DNA of 64,000 nt, from the NCBI RefSeq assembly GCF_004010195.1, contig NC_057728.1, forward strand, positions 50,668,782 to 50,732,781. Reading direction: 5' to 3'. The notes under the pieces were generated by a model. That model did no database searches. It was not told the origin of the DNA and was given only the letters and a program-made list of their open reading frames with translations. The DNA comes from Chiloscyllium plagiosum. Its lineage: Eukaryota. Made by a program: the position numbers and the translations under genes. Below, piece after piece: positions 50,015-63,122 of the stretch (position 1 is the first letter of the stretch; each line of letters opens with the position of its first letter).

Positions 50015-50430
50015 AGAACAGCTCCCCATTTCCACTTGGGGACCCTTCAGGACTCAATATCAAGTTCAACAATTTTAGGGCCTGAGCACCTTCTCCCATG
50101 TCCTTTAGCCATTCCTGAGGCCCTGTCAGGACAGCCAATACATTTTCACCTACTCATAGTCCCCATTATCAGCTTTTCTTTCACACTGCTATACTAGCAT
50201 CCATCCATCTAACTGTTGTTCTCTCTTTCTGGACTCCATTCCCAGCTATCTCCTTACTCCTTTTCTCCACTCCTCACCCCCAACTCCGACCCGCTATTTT
50301 CAACATATATCACTTTTTCCCAGCTGCTATCAGTTCTGAAGAAGGGTCACTGGTTTCAAAACAAATTTTGCTTCTTTATCCACAGATGCTGCCAGACTGC
50401 TGAGTTACTCCAGCAATTTCTGTTCTTGTT
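50015..50430 (+). mobile_element. Old PLE family C 3' end with a degenerate hammerhead (~50332-50370)
   Basis: FHLGTLQ remnant of the GIY-YIG C-terminus, then AGTTCTGAAGAAGGGTCACTGG and the family C tail. This links family C to a coding PLE. Confidence 0.7.
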
Positions 50431-51079
50431 ACACAATTAGGAACACTGGCTCTCACTTAGTTCATCAGTCTCTGGAAAGTCCCTGGAGCAATCTTTAGCT
50501 GAAATGACATCACCTGGCATTGGGAAAGACCATCTAACGTGATAAAGACAGATATTTCCTTAGCTCTGGGGGTTAGAGAAACTTACCAATATCCCTTTAA
50601 CAAATCTCTTTTGGTAAGAAATCTGGCACAACCAACCCTGTCAATACATTCATCCAAGTAGGGGATTGAGTGGGAATCTGCCTTTGTGATGACATTGAGC
50701 TTTCTGTAGTTGATATTGAATTTGGTTGAAGCATCTGGCTTTGGAACGACCATCTCTTGGGAACTCCTTTAAGGTGTGTTCCAACATGTATTAGATTTCT
50801 GTTTTCACCTAGACCTCTTTCTTAGGATGTCAGTTATAAGGATACTATTTTATAGGAAGGGACTCCCCTACATCCACACCATGGTTTGTCTCTAAAGATT
50901 CCTTTAAGTTCAGCAAGTAACCTGGTTAGGTCTTTTCATCCTTCTACCTCAAAATATCAAAGCATGATGTCTAACCTCACGCATACATCAGTATTAGTGA
51001 ACTGCATAGGATGTGATTTAATTTGGAAACTATCTAGGCCCCAGTCTACCTTATCCTCAATAACCCTTTCATCTTCCAC

Positions 51080-51385
51080 TATCAAAAGTCTCCTCAGAGC
51101 TTTGCTGAAAAAATGCAATATGCCTCCAGACTTGTGGAAATCTCTAGCCAGAGACCTCCCAATTTGGAGAAAACAAATTCGTAAAGAAGCTATCTCTGAT
51201 GTGCGCAGTCAAGGTGGTCAAGTGCAAACAGTGGGAGGAGCATGCAAAAATCCAAGGATCCAATCCAGTCTCCCCTTCAAACACCACCTACCACCCCTAC
51301 AGAAGGATGTGTGTATCTAGTACTGAACTGGTCACTAACGCTAGAGTGAGAGAAAATCATCCTCAGCCTTGAGGACTGCCGATGG
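51080..51385 (+). mobile_element. RTE-clade LINE 3' fragment
   Basis: LRALLKKCNMPPDLWKSLARDLPIWRKQIR resembles the RTE C-terminus. Confidence 0.6.
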
Positions 51386-52088
51386 AGAAGAATAATCCAA
51401 CACAAATAGCCAATAGTTCACTCCAAAGAACTTTCCTCTGATTAGTTTCAGAGGTCCCCTTACATCATGGCTGTAACCTAATCTGAAAGGACTAAAGCCA
51501 GAAGGTGAAATTCGGACAGTACGTGGCAAATAGAATAAATTCCAGTCTTTTGTTCTAATCATGAAGATATTCAGATGCTTCCTCAATAACCTTCCCTCCA
51601 CCATAAGGTTAGAAGTGGGGATGTTCGGTGATGATTGCACAATGTTCAGCACCATTCATGGTTCCTCAGATACTGAAGCTGTCCATTGTCATATGCAGCA
51701 AAACCAGCACAATATCCAGGCTTGGGCTGAAAGGTGATAAGTATCATTTGTGCCACACAAATACCATGCCATGACTACCCGCAGCAAGGGAGAATCTAAC
51801 TATCAACCCCCTCGACTATCACAGAATCCCTCACAATCAACGTCCTGGTAGTTAAGAGTCACGGTTAGTAAGTTTGTGGTTGACGCCAAAATTGGTGGTA
51901 TAGTGGATAGTGAAGAAGATTATCTAAGATTACAAAGGAATCTTGATCATTTGGACTAATGGGCTGAGGAGTGGCAGATGGAGTTTAATTTGGGTAACCT
52001 GTGACACAACTTTCAAAGCATTATGTACCTGAACCCCCAAGTGTCTCATACATGGAATTTGTGCTTGTTGTTGTGCCAAGCCTTGTCT

Positions 52089-52406
52089 TAGAATCCCTAT
52101 AGTGTGGAAACAGGCCCTTCAGCCCAACCTGACCCTCCAAAGAGTAACCCACGCAGACCCATTCCCCTATCCTATATTTACCTAATGCACCTAACCTACA
52201 CATCCCTGAACACTATGTGCAATTTTGCATGGCCAATTCACCTAACCTGCACATCTTTGGATTGTGGGAGGACACTGGACCTCTCAGAGGAAATCCGCAC
52301 ACACACAGGGAGAATGTGAAAACTCCACACAGACAGGCACCCAAGGCTGGAATTGAACCTGTGTCCCTGGCGCTGTGAGGTAGCAGTGCTAGCCATTGTG
52401 CCGTCC
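52089..52406 (-). mobile_element. HE1-type V-SINE
   Basis: Reverse complement of 19207-19533. Confidence 0.88.
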
Positions 52407-54535
52407 ATAATTGTCTTTCTGAAATTTTCTCAAAGGTGTCTAATGACAACAGGAAAGTTGAAATGTGTTCCCCATGCGAAAAGATCAAATACCCCTGCTG
52501 TGTGCTACATGGCCGTCCACACCTTTGAATGCAAATTATTACATTCTGGTGATCTAATCACTCTAACCCACTCTAACTAGCATAACTCCACTAATTATCC
52601 TAATCTCACTAATTATCCTAATCTCCCTATTTATCCTTTCTCCACCTCTGGTGGTCACTCTACCTTCTTAGCTACTCTAACCCTCTCTAAAGATCCAATG
52701 CTAACCTCTGCTGATTGGACAGTCTTAATATTCATTTTTGCTGTGAATTGCGGTAAAGGTTTTTACCAAACCTTTTCAGAACAACTGTTCCACCTCTTAG
52801 TTTCTTCCATTACTCCATCTCTTAACCCTCAATGTGACCTTTTCACTTAATGTACAGTTAGAAAGCCAGCCGTTTCCTCATAATTTTCCATCAGCTGCCT
52901 TTTGGCTTGTATTTCCTTTATAGCTTTCCCTTGTACACTTGCCTCAGTGTTCTTTTTTATTTGTCCTGTGAAGGCTAAGTGCTTCTATTTTTAGTTCCAA
53001 TTTGAGTTAATCTCTTTATCTATGAAAGCCTAGCCGTTGATACACTTCCTGTTTTCTCCTGACTGTAAGTTTTTTGATGTGTTCGCTCGCCAGTTTAAAT
53101 ATTGTCAAGGAAGCTTTTAATTATCCTCATTTTCTGCTATCAGCCTAGCAATTATCACAAGGGGATGTGCTTTAAGGAAAATCTTAAAACTGGGGACAGG
53201 GATGCAAATGTTGAGAGAAGGAATTCCAGAATTTATTGCTAAAGCACCTCGGGAGTGTTGCCCATCTCTGCCAGCTACTGCCCAGACTCTCAGCCATGCC
53301 TTCTGTCTCATCTGTTGGAGTCCACACTTGGCTTTTTAAAAAGACATTCATTCACAAGATGTGGGTATTCCTGGCCAGGCTGGCATTTATTACGCAACCG
53401 TAATTGCCTAGAAGGTAATGGCCCGGGAGTCACAAGTAGGCCAAACCAGGTAGATACAAACGTTTTCTTCCCTAAAAGTGAACCTGATGGATTTTCCCCA
53501 ATAATGGGTCATTGGTAAACAGGAAAATCCACCATCTGGCCCTGGTGGGATTTGAACCCAGGTGCCACAGAGCATTAACATGGGCCTTTGCATTAATAAC
53601 CTAGTTTAATACCATGAGGCCATTACTTCCCCTTGCTGCCTGTAGAACCGGAGAAGTGTGACAGCACAGAAAGAGGTCATTCGCCCCATTGTGTCTACAC
53701 ACGCTACTCATTCTAATCCAACTTTGCAGTTCCATTGCATAGCCTTGCAGGTTAAGGTATTTCAGGTACAGACCCAGGTTCTTTTTTTAAATGAGTTGAG
53801 GGTTTTCACCTCATCCCCCAAACTAGGCAATGGATTCCAGATTAATTTTATCAATGGGTGATAAAGGTTTCCTCATGTCTCCCCAAACCATCTACTGTCA
53901 CCTTAAAACTGTGTCTCCAGTTAATTGACCTCACTGCTAGAGGAAACAAGTCTTCCTTGTCAGCTCCATTCAAGCCCTCTGTCATTTTGACCTATCTTAC
54001 ACTCTCCATGACCTTGATCTCACCCACCCTCACCTGTGTCAATTCTCAATTCCACATCACCCTTGCTCACTGACCTAAATCTGTACCCAGATCTGAATGC
54101 TTCACCTTAAAAATTCATAATTCCTGTGATCAAGTAGTTTTATTGTCTCATCCCTCCCTGTCACTGGTAACGTCTCTATACAAGTAGCTCATGAACCCCA
54201 GGTTAGTGCTCTGGAGACCCATGGCAGATAGATTTTTAAAACAAAACCTGGAATTGTAATGACAGTAAAATCCCATTTGGTTCACTAATATCCTTGAGAG
54301 ACATCTAGCATCTTTACCTGATCTGGTCTAAATGTCATTCCAGATCCACAGCAATGTGGTGGACTCTTAACTACCCTCTGAATCAAGCCAATCAGATCAA
54401 AGGGCAATTAGGGGTGGGCCAGTCAGTGGAGCCAACAGCCCATGAATGGAATTTAAAAAATGGCATGTAAGCAGCTTGATTTTTGAAAGAAAATTAATCA
54501 CAATAAACTTCTGAGAAAGATTTGTTTATTTGCAG

Positions 54536-54647
54536 CACCTTCAGACTGAGCTGTCCCTCAGTTCAAATGAACTCCAGGATGTGTTCGATGTCCTGGATGC
54601 TGATCAGAATGGCTCCCTGACCTTGGAGGAGTTTACCACAGGATTTA
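54536..54647 (+). CDS. CRACR2A: CRACR2A second coding exon, EF-hand 2
   Basis: Acceptor ttgcag, donor gtaagt. Translates [37 protein letters not shown](S) with a canonical EF loop [12 protein letters not shown]. Phase 0 matches the previous exon. Confidence 0.9.
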
Positions 54648-55511
54648 GTAAGTTCACAGCCTTAATTTCACCCTTAAATTTCTGTCAAGAGAGTTTATAC
54701 CATGACAATTCTTGGACTTTTCTCTTTTCCATTTATCCATTCACGAAAAGTGGATATCACTGACTGGTCCAACATGTGTGGCCAATCCCTAATTTTTCTG
54801 GAGAAGGTGATGTCTTCTTGAACTGCTGCAATTCATTCAAGAACTAGAAGAACAAAGACAATTATAGCACAGGAACAGGCCCTTCGGCCCTCCAAACCTG
54901 CATCGATTCAGATCCTCTATCTAAACCTGCCATCTATTTTCTAAGGATCTGTATCCCTCTGCTCCCTGCCCATTCATGTATCTGTCTAGATACAGCTTAA
55001 GTGATGCTATCATTCCCACCCCTACCACCTCCGCTGGCAACGCATTCCAGGCACCCACCATCCTCTGCTTAAAGAACTTTCCCTGTATATCTCCCCTAAA
55101 CTTTTCCCCTCTTACTTTGAACTTGTGACCCCCTACTAATTGAGACCTCCACTCTGGGAAAAGATTTCTTATTATCCACCTCTCATGATTTTGTAGGCCT
55201 CAATCAGGTCCCCCCTCAACTACAACCTTTCGAATGAAAATATTCCTAATCTAAACAACCTCTCCTCATAGCCTGCACCCTCCATAACAGGCAACATCCT
55301 GGTGAACCTCCTCTGCACCCTCTCCAAAGCATCCACATCCTTTTGGTAATGTGGCAACCAGAACTGTACACAGTATTCCAAATGTGGCCGAACCATAGTC
55401 TAATACAACTGTAACATGACCTGCCAATCTTGTACTCAATACCTCCTCCGATGATGGAAAGCATGCCGTATGCCTTCTTGACCACTCTACTGACCTGTGT
55501 TGCCACCTTCA

Positions 55512-55781
55512 GGGGTGGCACAGTGGTTAGCACTGCTGCCTCACAGTGCCAGAGACTTAGGTTCAATTCCCGTCTCAGGCAACTGTCTGTGTGGAGTTTG
55601 CACATTCTCCCTGTGTCTGCGTGGGTTTCCTCCCACAATCCAAAAACGTGCAGGTTAGGTGAATTGGCCATGCTAAATTGCCTGTAGTGTTAGGTGAAGG
55701 GGGGAATGGGTCTGGATGGGCTCCTCTTCGGAAGGTCGGTGTGGACTTGTTGGGCCGAAGGGCCTGTTTCCACACTGTAAA
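55512..55781 (+). mobile_element. HE1-type V-SINE
   Basis: Boxes A and B, V-domain, tail. Confidence 0.9.
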
Positions 55782-56595
55782 GTTATCAATGGACCTAAAT
55801 ACCCATATCTCTCTGAAAATTGCTTTTCCCCAGGACTTTTCCATTTACAGTATAGTTCACTCTTGAATTGCATCTTCCAAAATGCATCACCTCGCATGTG
55901 CCCGTATTGAACTCCATCTGCCAGTTCTCTGTCCATCTCTCCAATCTATCTATATTGTGCTATATTCTGTGACAGTCCCCTTCACTATCAGCTACTTCAC
56001 CAACTACTTGTCACCTGCAAACTTGCTAATGAGGCAACCTTCACCTTCTTGCAAGTCATATTACAATCAACAGCAGTCCCAGCACAGATCCCTGTGGGAC
56101 ACCACTGGTCACAGGTCTCCATTTTGAGAAGCTCCCTTCCACTACTACTCTGTGTCTCCTGTTGTCCAACCAGTTCTCTATATATCTAGCTAGAACACCC
56201 TGGACTCCATGCGGCTTCACCTTCTTCATCAACCTACCATGGGGAACCTTATCAGATGCCTTACAAAGTCCATGTATATGACATCTACATCCTTTCCCTC
56301 ATCAACCAACTTTGTCACCTCTTCAAAGAATTCTATTAGGTTTGTAAGACATGCTCTTCCCTGCACAAAACCATGCTGCCTATCACTGATAAGCCCATTT
56401 TCGTCCAAATGGGTATATATCCTATCCCTTAGTATCTTCTCGTAGCTTCCCTATCATTAACGTCAGGCTCACAGGTCTGTATTTACCTGGATTATTCCTG
56501 CTACCCTTCTTAAACAAGGGGACAACATTAGCATTTCTCCAGTCCTCTAGGACCTCTCCCATTTTCAAGGATGCTGCAAAGATATTAAAGTAGGT

Positions 56596-56869
56596 CCCTA
56601 CAGTGTGGGAACAGGCCTTTCAGCCCAACAAGTCCACACCAACTCTCCGAAGTGTAACCCACCCAAACCCATTTCCCTCTGACTAATGCACCTAACACCG
56701 TGGGCAATTTTGCATGGCCAATTCACCTGACCTGTATGATTTTGGACTATGGGAGGAAACAGGAATACCTGGAGGAAACCCATGCAGACAGTTGCCCGAG
56801 GCTGGAATCGAACCCAGGTTCCTGGTGCTGTGAGGCAGCAGTGCTAATCATTGAACCACTGTGCCGTCC
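56596..56869 (-). mobile_element. HE1-type V-SINE with an internal deletion
   Basis: Reverse complement of the HE1 head and tail. Confidence 0.85.
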
Positions 56870-58049
56870 TTATCTGTTAAAGCCCCAGCTATTTCCTCTC
56901 TCGCTTCCCTCAGTAACCTGTGATAGATCCCATTTGGACCGGTGACTTGGCCACCTTAATGCCTTTTAGAATACACAACAATTCCTTCCTCCTTATGCCG
57001 ACTTGACCGAGAGTACTCAAAGCTCTATCCTTAACTCAACATCCACCATTTCCCTCTCCTCGGTGAATACCGATGTAAAGTACTCGTTAAGAATCTCACC
57101 CATTTTCTCTGACTTCAAGCATAGCTTTCCTCCTTTGTCCTTGAGTGGGCCAACCATTTCCCTTGTTACCCTCTTGCTTCTTAAATATGAATAAAAGGCT
57201 TTGGGGTTTTCCTTAACCCTGCTCACTAAGGATATCTCATGACCCCTTCTAGCCCTCTTAATTCCTCATTTCTGATTGATCCTGCATTCCCAATATTCTT
57301 CCAAAGCTTCATCTGTCTTCAGTCGCCTAGACCTTATGTATGCATCTTTTTTCCTCTTAGCTAGTCTCTCAATTTCACCTGTCAGCCATGGTTCCCTAAT
57401 GTTGCCATTTCTATCCCTCTTTTTCACAGGAACATATCTCTCCTGAACTCTAATCAACCTCTCACATATCGAATGTGGATTTCCCTTCAAAAAGCTGCTT
57501 CCTAATCTACATTCCTCAGCTCCTGCCGAGTTTTGATACAGTTGGCCTTCCCCCAACTTATCCCTCTTCCTTTAGGACCACTCTCATATTTGTCCATGAG
57601 TATTCTAAAATTATTGCATTGTGATCACTATTCCCAAAGTAATCCCACACTGAAACTTCAACCACCTGGCTGGGCTCATTCCCCAACACCAGGGCCAGTA
57701 TGGCCCCTTCACAAGTTGGACTATTTACATACTGCTCTAGAAAACCCTCCTGGATGCTCCTTACAAATTCTGCTCCATCCAGTCCTCTAACACCAAGTGA
57801 AACCCAGTCAATATTGGGAAAATTAAAATCTCCTATCACCATTACCCTGTTGCTCCGACATCTTTCCACGATCTCTCTACATATTTGTACCTCTACCTCA
57901 TGCTTGCTGTTGGGAGGCCTGTAGTACAATCCCAACATTGTTACTGCACCCTTCCTATTTCTGAGTTCTGCCCATATTGCCTCACTGCTCAAGTCCTCCA
58001 TAGTGCCCTCCTTCAGCAGCTGTGATATTTTCTTTGACCAGAAGATTCG

Positions 58050-58460
58050 ATGTAGATAGACCCACAATGCCATTAGGGAGGGAATTCCAGGATTTTGACA
58101 GTGAAGGAATGGTGATATATTTCCAAGGCAGGATGGTGAGTGGCTTGGAGGGGAACTTGCAGGTAATGGAGTTCCCATGTATTTGCTGCTCTTATACTTT
58201 AGGATGGTAGGAGTCACAGGTGCTGGTGAAGAAGCCTTGGTGAGTTTCTAGCGCATCTTATAAGTGAAATACACACTCTTGCTACTGAGTGCTGGGAGTG
58301 GGTGTTTGTGGATGTGGTGCCAATCAAGTGGGCTACTTTGTCCTGGATGGTGTCAAGCTTCTTGACTGTTGTTGGAGCTGCACCCATCAAAGCAAGTGTG
58401 GAAAATTCATCACATTCCTGCCTTGTGCCTTGTAGGTGGTGGACAGGCTTTGGAGAGTCA
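58050..58460 (-). mobile_element. L2/CR1-group LINE 3' fragment
   Basis: LALMGAAPTTVKKLDTIQDKVAHLIG. Related tails at ~33180-33450 and ~37100-37290. Confidence 0.7.
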
Positions 58461-60225
58461 GGAGAGGATATGGTATAAGTGGTATTGGCACTGGACATAA
58501 CAGCCTAAAGAGTTTTCATGAGACTTTGTTGGCTTTTTAGGTCTAATTTGGCAAATTTAGCTAATTCAGTATAAAAGATTGAAGAACTTTAATCGAAAAT
58601 CGAGCTTCTTGTGTTCATCTAAAGAAAACGTGTGCAGGAAGTTTACTCCCCGATCATGTTAATCCAATCAAACCAGTCACCAGGATGAAGTTTCTGATAA
58701 TTGTGCTCATTTGCATACTTCTGAGAACTCAACGTTTAACATTAAAAATTAAACCTCTTTTCTTTCTGTACACAATGGGCCGCATTTTAAACTCCCCTCA
58801 GGTGGTTGTAAATTTGTGGCACGTGGAGGTGGGTCATACATGTGCAAAGTATCCTGCCCGCTGTTTACTTGTCCACTCCTGCCCTCACTGTGGTATTTCC
58901 CATGGCACAGCTGGCAGCCCACCTACCAGTGGGTTAATTCAGGATGGTACATAAGTGGTCAACGCCAATCTAAAGGCCTCACTGCAATGCTGTTGGGATT
59001 CTACCTGAAGTGGGTGATGTCCACTCCAAGAGGGTGACTTTCATTGTGTGGGTTTGTGGTAGACTTGGCAGGGGAGCGATCCCCGTTTTATTGGAACCCC
59101 CTTAACCCTTTTGAGGCTTTCTCCCAGCAAGGTGTTACACTCTCCTGTCTTCCATCTCCCTCTCAAACTGTGTTGTCTCTCCTCATCCTCCCATCCCCAT
59201 CACCCAGGCATGTCAGTTGGTATCTAGAGAGCTTCCTGACTCCCCTACTAGGGTGAGGAACAGGATATTCAGTACTTCATACAGTTCAACTCAATATCAC
59301 AAATGGACATGTTTCAAAATTACTAATGTATTAACTATTAGCTATTAATTTATGAGGAAACTGCACACCAGTTTAATAAGTAAATGATCATGTTTATATT
59401 TTTAAAGCCCTTTGAGTTATTGACAGGTTGTACACAGTCGATGGACTGGATACACTGAGTAAACTGATAAACGCATGTTCAGCTGGGTTATTGAAACTGT
59501 GCCAGGGTACACCAAGGGATATGTTGTAATGCAAACAGAAAGTTCTCAAAACTTTGACTGATTGTGCTTAGTCAAGGTGGATTTGCCAGTCTGCCAGGTA
59601 GAAGTGTGTTTGAGTGATAACTTGCAAAAAAGCATCATATCAGAAAGCTCACTCAGTTACCCAAAGTGGAAACTCCTGGCAAACATTTTCAGATGAGTGA
59701 AGACTAAAGAAAAGGTAAAACTGCAAGATATTGAGGAAAAACACTCTTGGAAGCAGATGGATTTTACAGTGTGCTTTCCATTGTGTTCCAAAGTATATGT
59801 GGCATCACATTGAATTGATGTAGGACGGAAAATTACAGGACGGCTGGGCAGATGGCTCCCTCAAGGGGGTAGAAAAGACAATGGCAAGCCAACAGACATA
59901 GAACAGACATATTCACTGTGGGCGGCTAAATTAGAGCAGAGTGCGACTTCTGCCCCTCAGTGGCCGGAGGCCGAACTCTCTTGAGTGGTCCTAACAGTGC
60001 TCACACATGGTAATGGTGATTGTTAGGACCCCATAGAGGTTGCTGGATCAATCCCGGAGTGAGGTATGCTGGGGATTTTGGTCAGGTTGTGTTTTTTTTG
60101 GTAGGGGGATGGAATTGGAGTAAGTTTTAATGTATGTACAGGTAGAAAGGAAGAAGGTACTGTTATCTTAAGGGACATGCCACTTAAGGGACATGCCACT
60201 GAGGGACAAAAGGCACATCCTGAAG

Positions 60226-61968
60226 GGAAAAAGTAAAGATTGCAGATGTTAGAGATCAATAGGTAGATGAAGGTGGGAGGTAATGGTGATAGCTTAGAGA
60301 AGAGGGTGGAGCCGACAGATGGGAAGGAAGATGCCGAGTTGGAGGGTTGGATCTGGGATAAGGTAGAGTGAGGGGAAATGAGGAAACTGCTGAAATCGAC
60401 ACTGATTCCGTGTAGTTTGAGGGTCCCAAGGAGGAAAATGAGGCATTCTTCGTCCAGGCGTCAGATGGCTAAAATCTGATAGTGGAGGAAGCCCAAGACT
60501 TGCATGTCCTTGGCAGAGTGGAAGTGGGAGTGGGAGTTGAAGTGTTCAGCCACAGGGCAGTGGGGTTGTTTAGTGCTTGTGTCCCAGGGATTTCTCTGAA
60601 ATATTCCACAAGTTGGCATCCTGTCTCCCCAATGTACAGGAGACCACATCAGGAGCAATGGACAAGTAGATGATGTACGTGGAGGTGCAGGGAAATTTCT
60701 GCCTGATGTAGAAGGATCCTTTGGGGCAGAGGTGGAGGAATTGCGGAGTAAGGGATAGCATTCAACTTCTGATCTACTTCAAACCGACTGACTCCCACAG
60801 CTACCTGGACTACACCTCCTCCCTACCTACCTCCTGTAAAAACATTATCCCTTATTCCCAATTCCTCTGCCTCTGCCGCATCTGCTCCCAGGAGGACCAA
60901 TTCCATCACGGAACATCCAGGATGGTCTCCTTCTTCAAGAACCACAATTTCCCCTCCCACATGGTCAACGATGCCCTCCAGCACATCTCCTTCACTTCCC
61001 GCACCTCCACCCGTGAACCCCACACCTCCAATTGGAACAAGGACAGAATGCCCCTGGTCCTCACCTTCTACCCCACAAACCTCCAGTTACAATGCATTGT
61101 CCTCCACCATTTACATCACCTATAAACAGACTCCACGACCAGAGACATATTTCCCTCCCCACCCCTATGTGCTTTCCACAGAGACCATTCCCTCCGTGAC
61201 TCCCTAGTCAGGTCCATGCCCCCCCCACCAACCCACCCTTCACTCCCGACACCTTCACTTGACACCGCAAGAGGTATAATACCTGCGCCCACACCTCCCC
61301 CCTCACCTCCATCCAAGGACCCAAAGAATCCTTTCATATCTGGCAGAGATTTTCCTGCACCTCCACACACATCATCTATTTGTCCATTGCTCCTGATTTG
61401 GTCTTCTGTACATTGGGGAGAAAACTTGCAGAACGTTTCAGAGAACATCTCTGGGACACCTGCACCAACCACCCTACCACCCTGTGGCTGAATACTTCAA
61501 CTCTGCCTCCCACTCCACCAGGGATATGAAAGTCCTTGACCTCCTCCACCATCAGATTCTGGTCACCTGGTGGAAGAACGCCTCATCTTCTGCCTTGGGA
61601 CCCTCCAAACACACGGGCTCAATGTCCACTTCAGCAGTTTCCTCATTTCCCCTCCTCCCACCTTATCCCAGATCCAAGCCTCCAACTCGGCACCACCATC
61701 TTGAACTATCCTACCCGTCCATCTTCCTTCCCACCTATCGGCTCCATCCTCCACTCTGACTTATCACCATCACCTCCCCCCCACCTTTATCCACCTATCG
61801 CATTACTAGCTACCTTCCCTTCAGCCGCAGTCTCCTCTCATTTATCTCTCAGCCCCCTTGCCCGCCCCACCCCGCATTCCTGATGAAGAGCTTATGCTCG
61901 AAACGTCGATTCTCCTGCTCCTTCGATGCTGCCTGACTGGCTGTGCTTTTCCAGCACCACACATTTTG
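60226..61968 (+). mobile_element. PLE family A with an inverted 5' arm (~60226-60762, minus) and a plus arm (~60770-61968)
   Basis: IYFKPTDSHSYLDYTSS...IPYSQFLCLCRICSQEDQF, a decayed GIY-YIG, and a terminal repeat with a hammerhead. Confidence 0.9.
61876..61912 (+). ncRNA. Minimal type-I hammerhead ribozyme (family A) with a compensatory stem II
   Basis: AUUC-CUGAUGA-A-GAGC-UUAU-GCUC-GAAACGUC^GAUU. Confidence 0.8.
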
Positions 61969-62304
61969 ACCCCCCTAGCCCACTTCTTAAAAGGAAACAA
62001 GCTACACCAACGTCAGTTTTTTCAATTAACCTGTATGGATATGCTATGACTCATCTCGAGAGCGAGTGGGTCTTGAACCTGGAGTGTCATGTTTTAATTA
62101 TTGGAATGCTACCACCGAATTGTAACAGCCGTGTGCTGTAATTGCTTTGAATTGACCTGTTCTGATATCCCAGGGCAGGTGGCCCTTGACCCCAAACCCT
62201 CCAGCCTAAAGGCAGTGGCACCACCATTGTACCGCAGAAATCCCTATGCCTATTGTATTATGGCAGGTGCAGTGTAATATCGGGATAATGGAGATTTTAA
62301 CAAG

Positions 62305-62498
62305 CTGAAGACAAGAAATTGCTGGAGAAACTCAGCAGGTCTGGCCATATTTGTGGACAGGAAGCAAAGTCAATGTTTCAGGTCTCTCCATAGGTACTGC
62401 CAAAGTTTCTCTCTGTAGATGCTGCCAGACCTGCTAAGTTTCTCCAGCACATTCTGATTTTGTTTCAGACCTTCCGCAGTTCTGTGTTTGATTTTAGC
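62305..62498. mobile_element. Degenerate inverted-arm PLE family C-like insertion
   Basis: GCTGGAGAAACTCAGCAGGTCTGGC is inverted relative to GCCAGACCTGCTAAGTTTCTCCAGC. Confidence 0.7.
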
Positions 62499-62947
62499 AA
62501 GCCCCAATTGAACCTTAATTATTGATTTATATTTGGAGGGTGGGCTGTTGACTTCAACACCCACGTTATTATGGGGCTGAGCTTGTGACCGAGTGTTGTG
62601 TGAGTGAGAACGTGGTGGGGTGAGAACCTGCTCTGTTTACAAGCCCTTTCCACCATCAAAAACACAACCAGCAAGGGCACGTAATATCTGTCCATAGCGA
62701 GACTGTACTGAGTCAGTTAATGGACAGCCATCATCTGAATTAGACATTCGATTGAACCAGAAAGTGCCTGTTCCTAAACTGCTGAAGAGCAATTTATGGC
62801 AATGTAAAAGAGGACTGTGAGACCAGCAAAGTGACTCCTGCACTGAGCCAGTAAGGGAACAATGGGCTGAAGAGTCCCTTTTCTTGCTGTAATCACTCCA
62901 TGATATATTTACTGACTGAGAAATATTTGGAATTTTCACACATTCAG

Positions 62948-63122
62948 GTCAGTTCCTGTTTGGAGAAAAGACAATTGTAGACAAGTTAAAGAGAAGCCAG
63001 GATCAGCCTGAGAGCCTGTACCTGAATCAATGTACCCAACAGTTGGTAACAGCTGATGATGAGGAGGAGCACCACTTCCAAACCATGATGGAGAACCTGG
63101 GAGCAAGGAGCCTCTTTAAAGA
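62948..63122 (+). CDS. CRACR2A: CRACR2A third coding exon
   Basis: Acceptor cattcag, donor gtgagt; phase 1 matches. Translates (S)QFLFGEKTIVDKLKRSQDQPESLYLNQCTQQLVTADDEEEHHFQTMMENLGARSLFK, resembling the CRACR2A segment EDEEAQFRMLMDRLGAQKVLE. Absent from the ORF track. Confidence 0.85.

Larger units (their letters stand above)
54846..58040 (-). mobile_element. Long CR1 LINE (APE endonuclease, RT, 3' tail) interrupted by two HE1 SINEs
   Basis: SSEAIWAEL...GLYYRPPNS...IGDFNFPNIDW...GNSDHN (APE); NPKAFYSYLRSKR; RT and 3' motifs. Confidence 0.93.

Noticed and set aside
59693..59714. Micro-exon-like segment ttttcag-ATGAGTGAAGACTAAAGAAAAG-gtaaaa
   Set aside because: Weak donor, and the flanking CRACR2A exons already join in phase without it.
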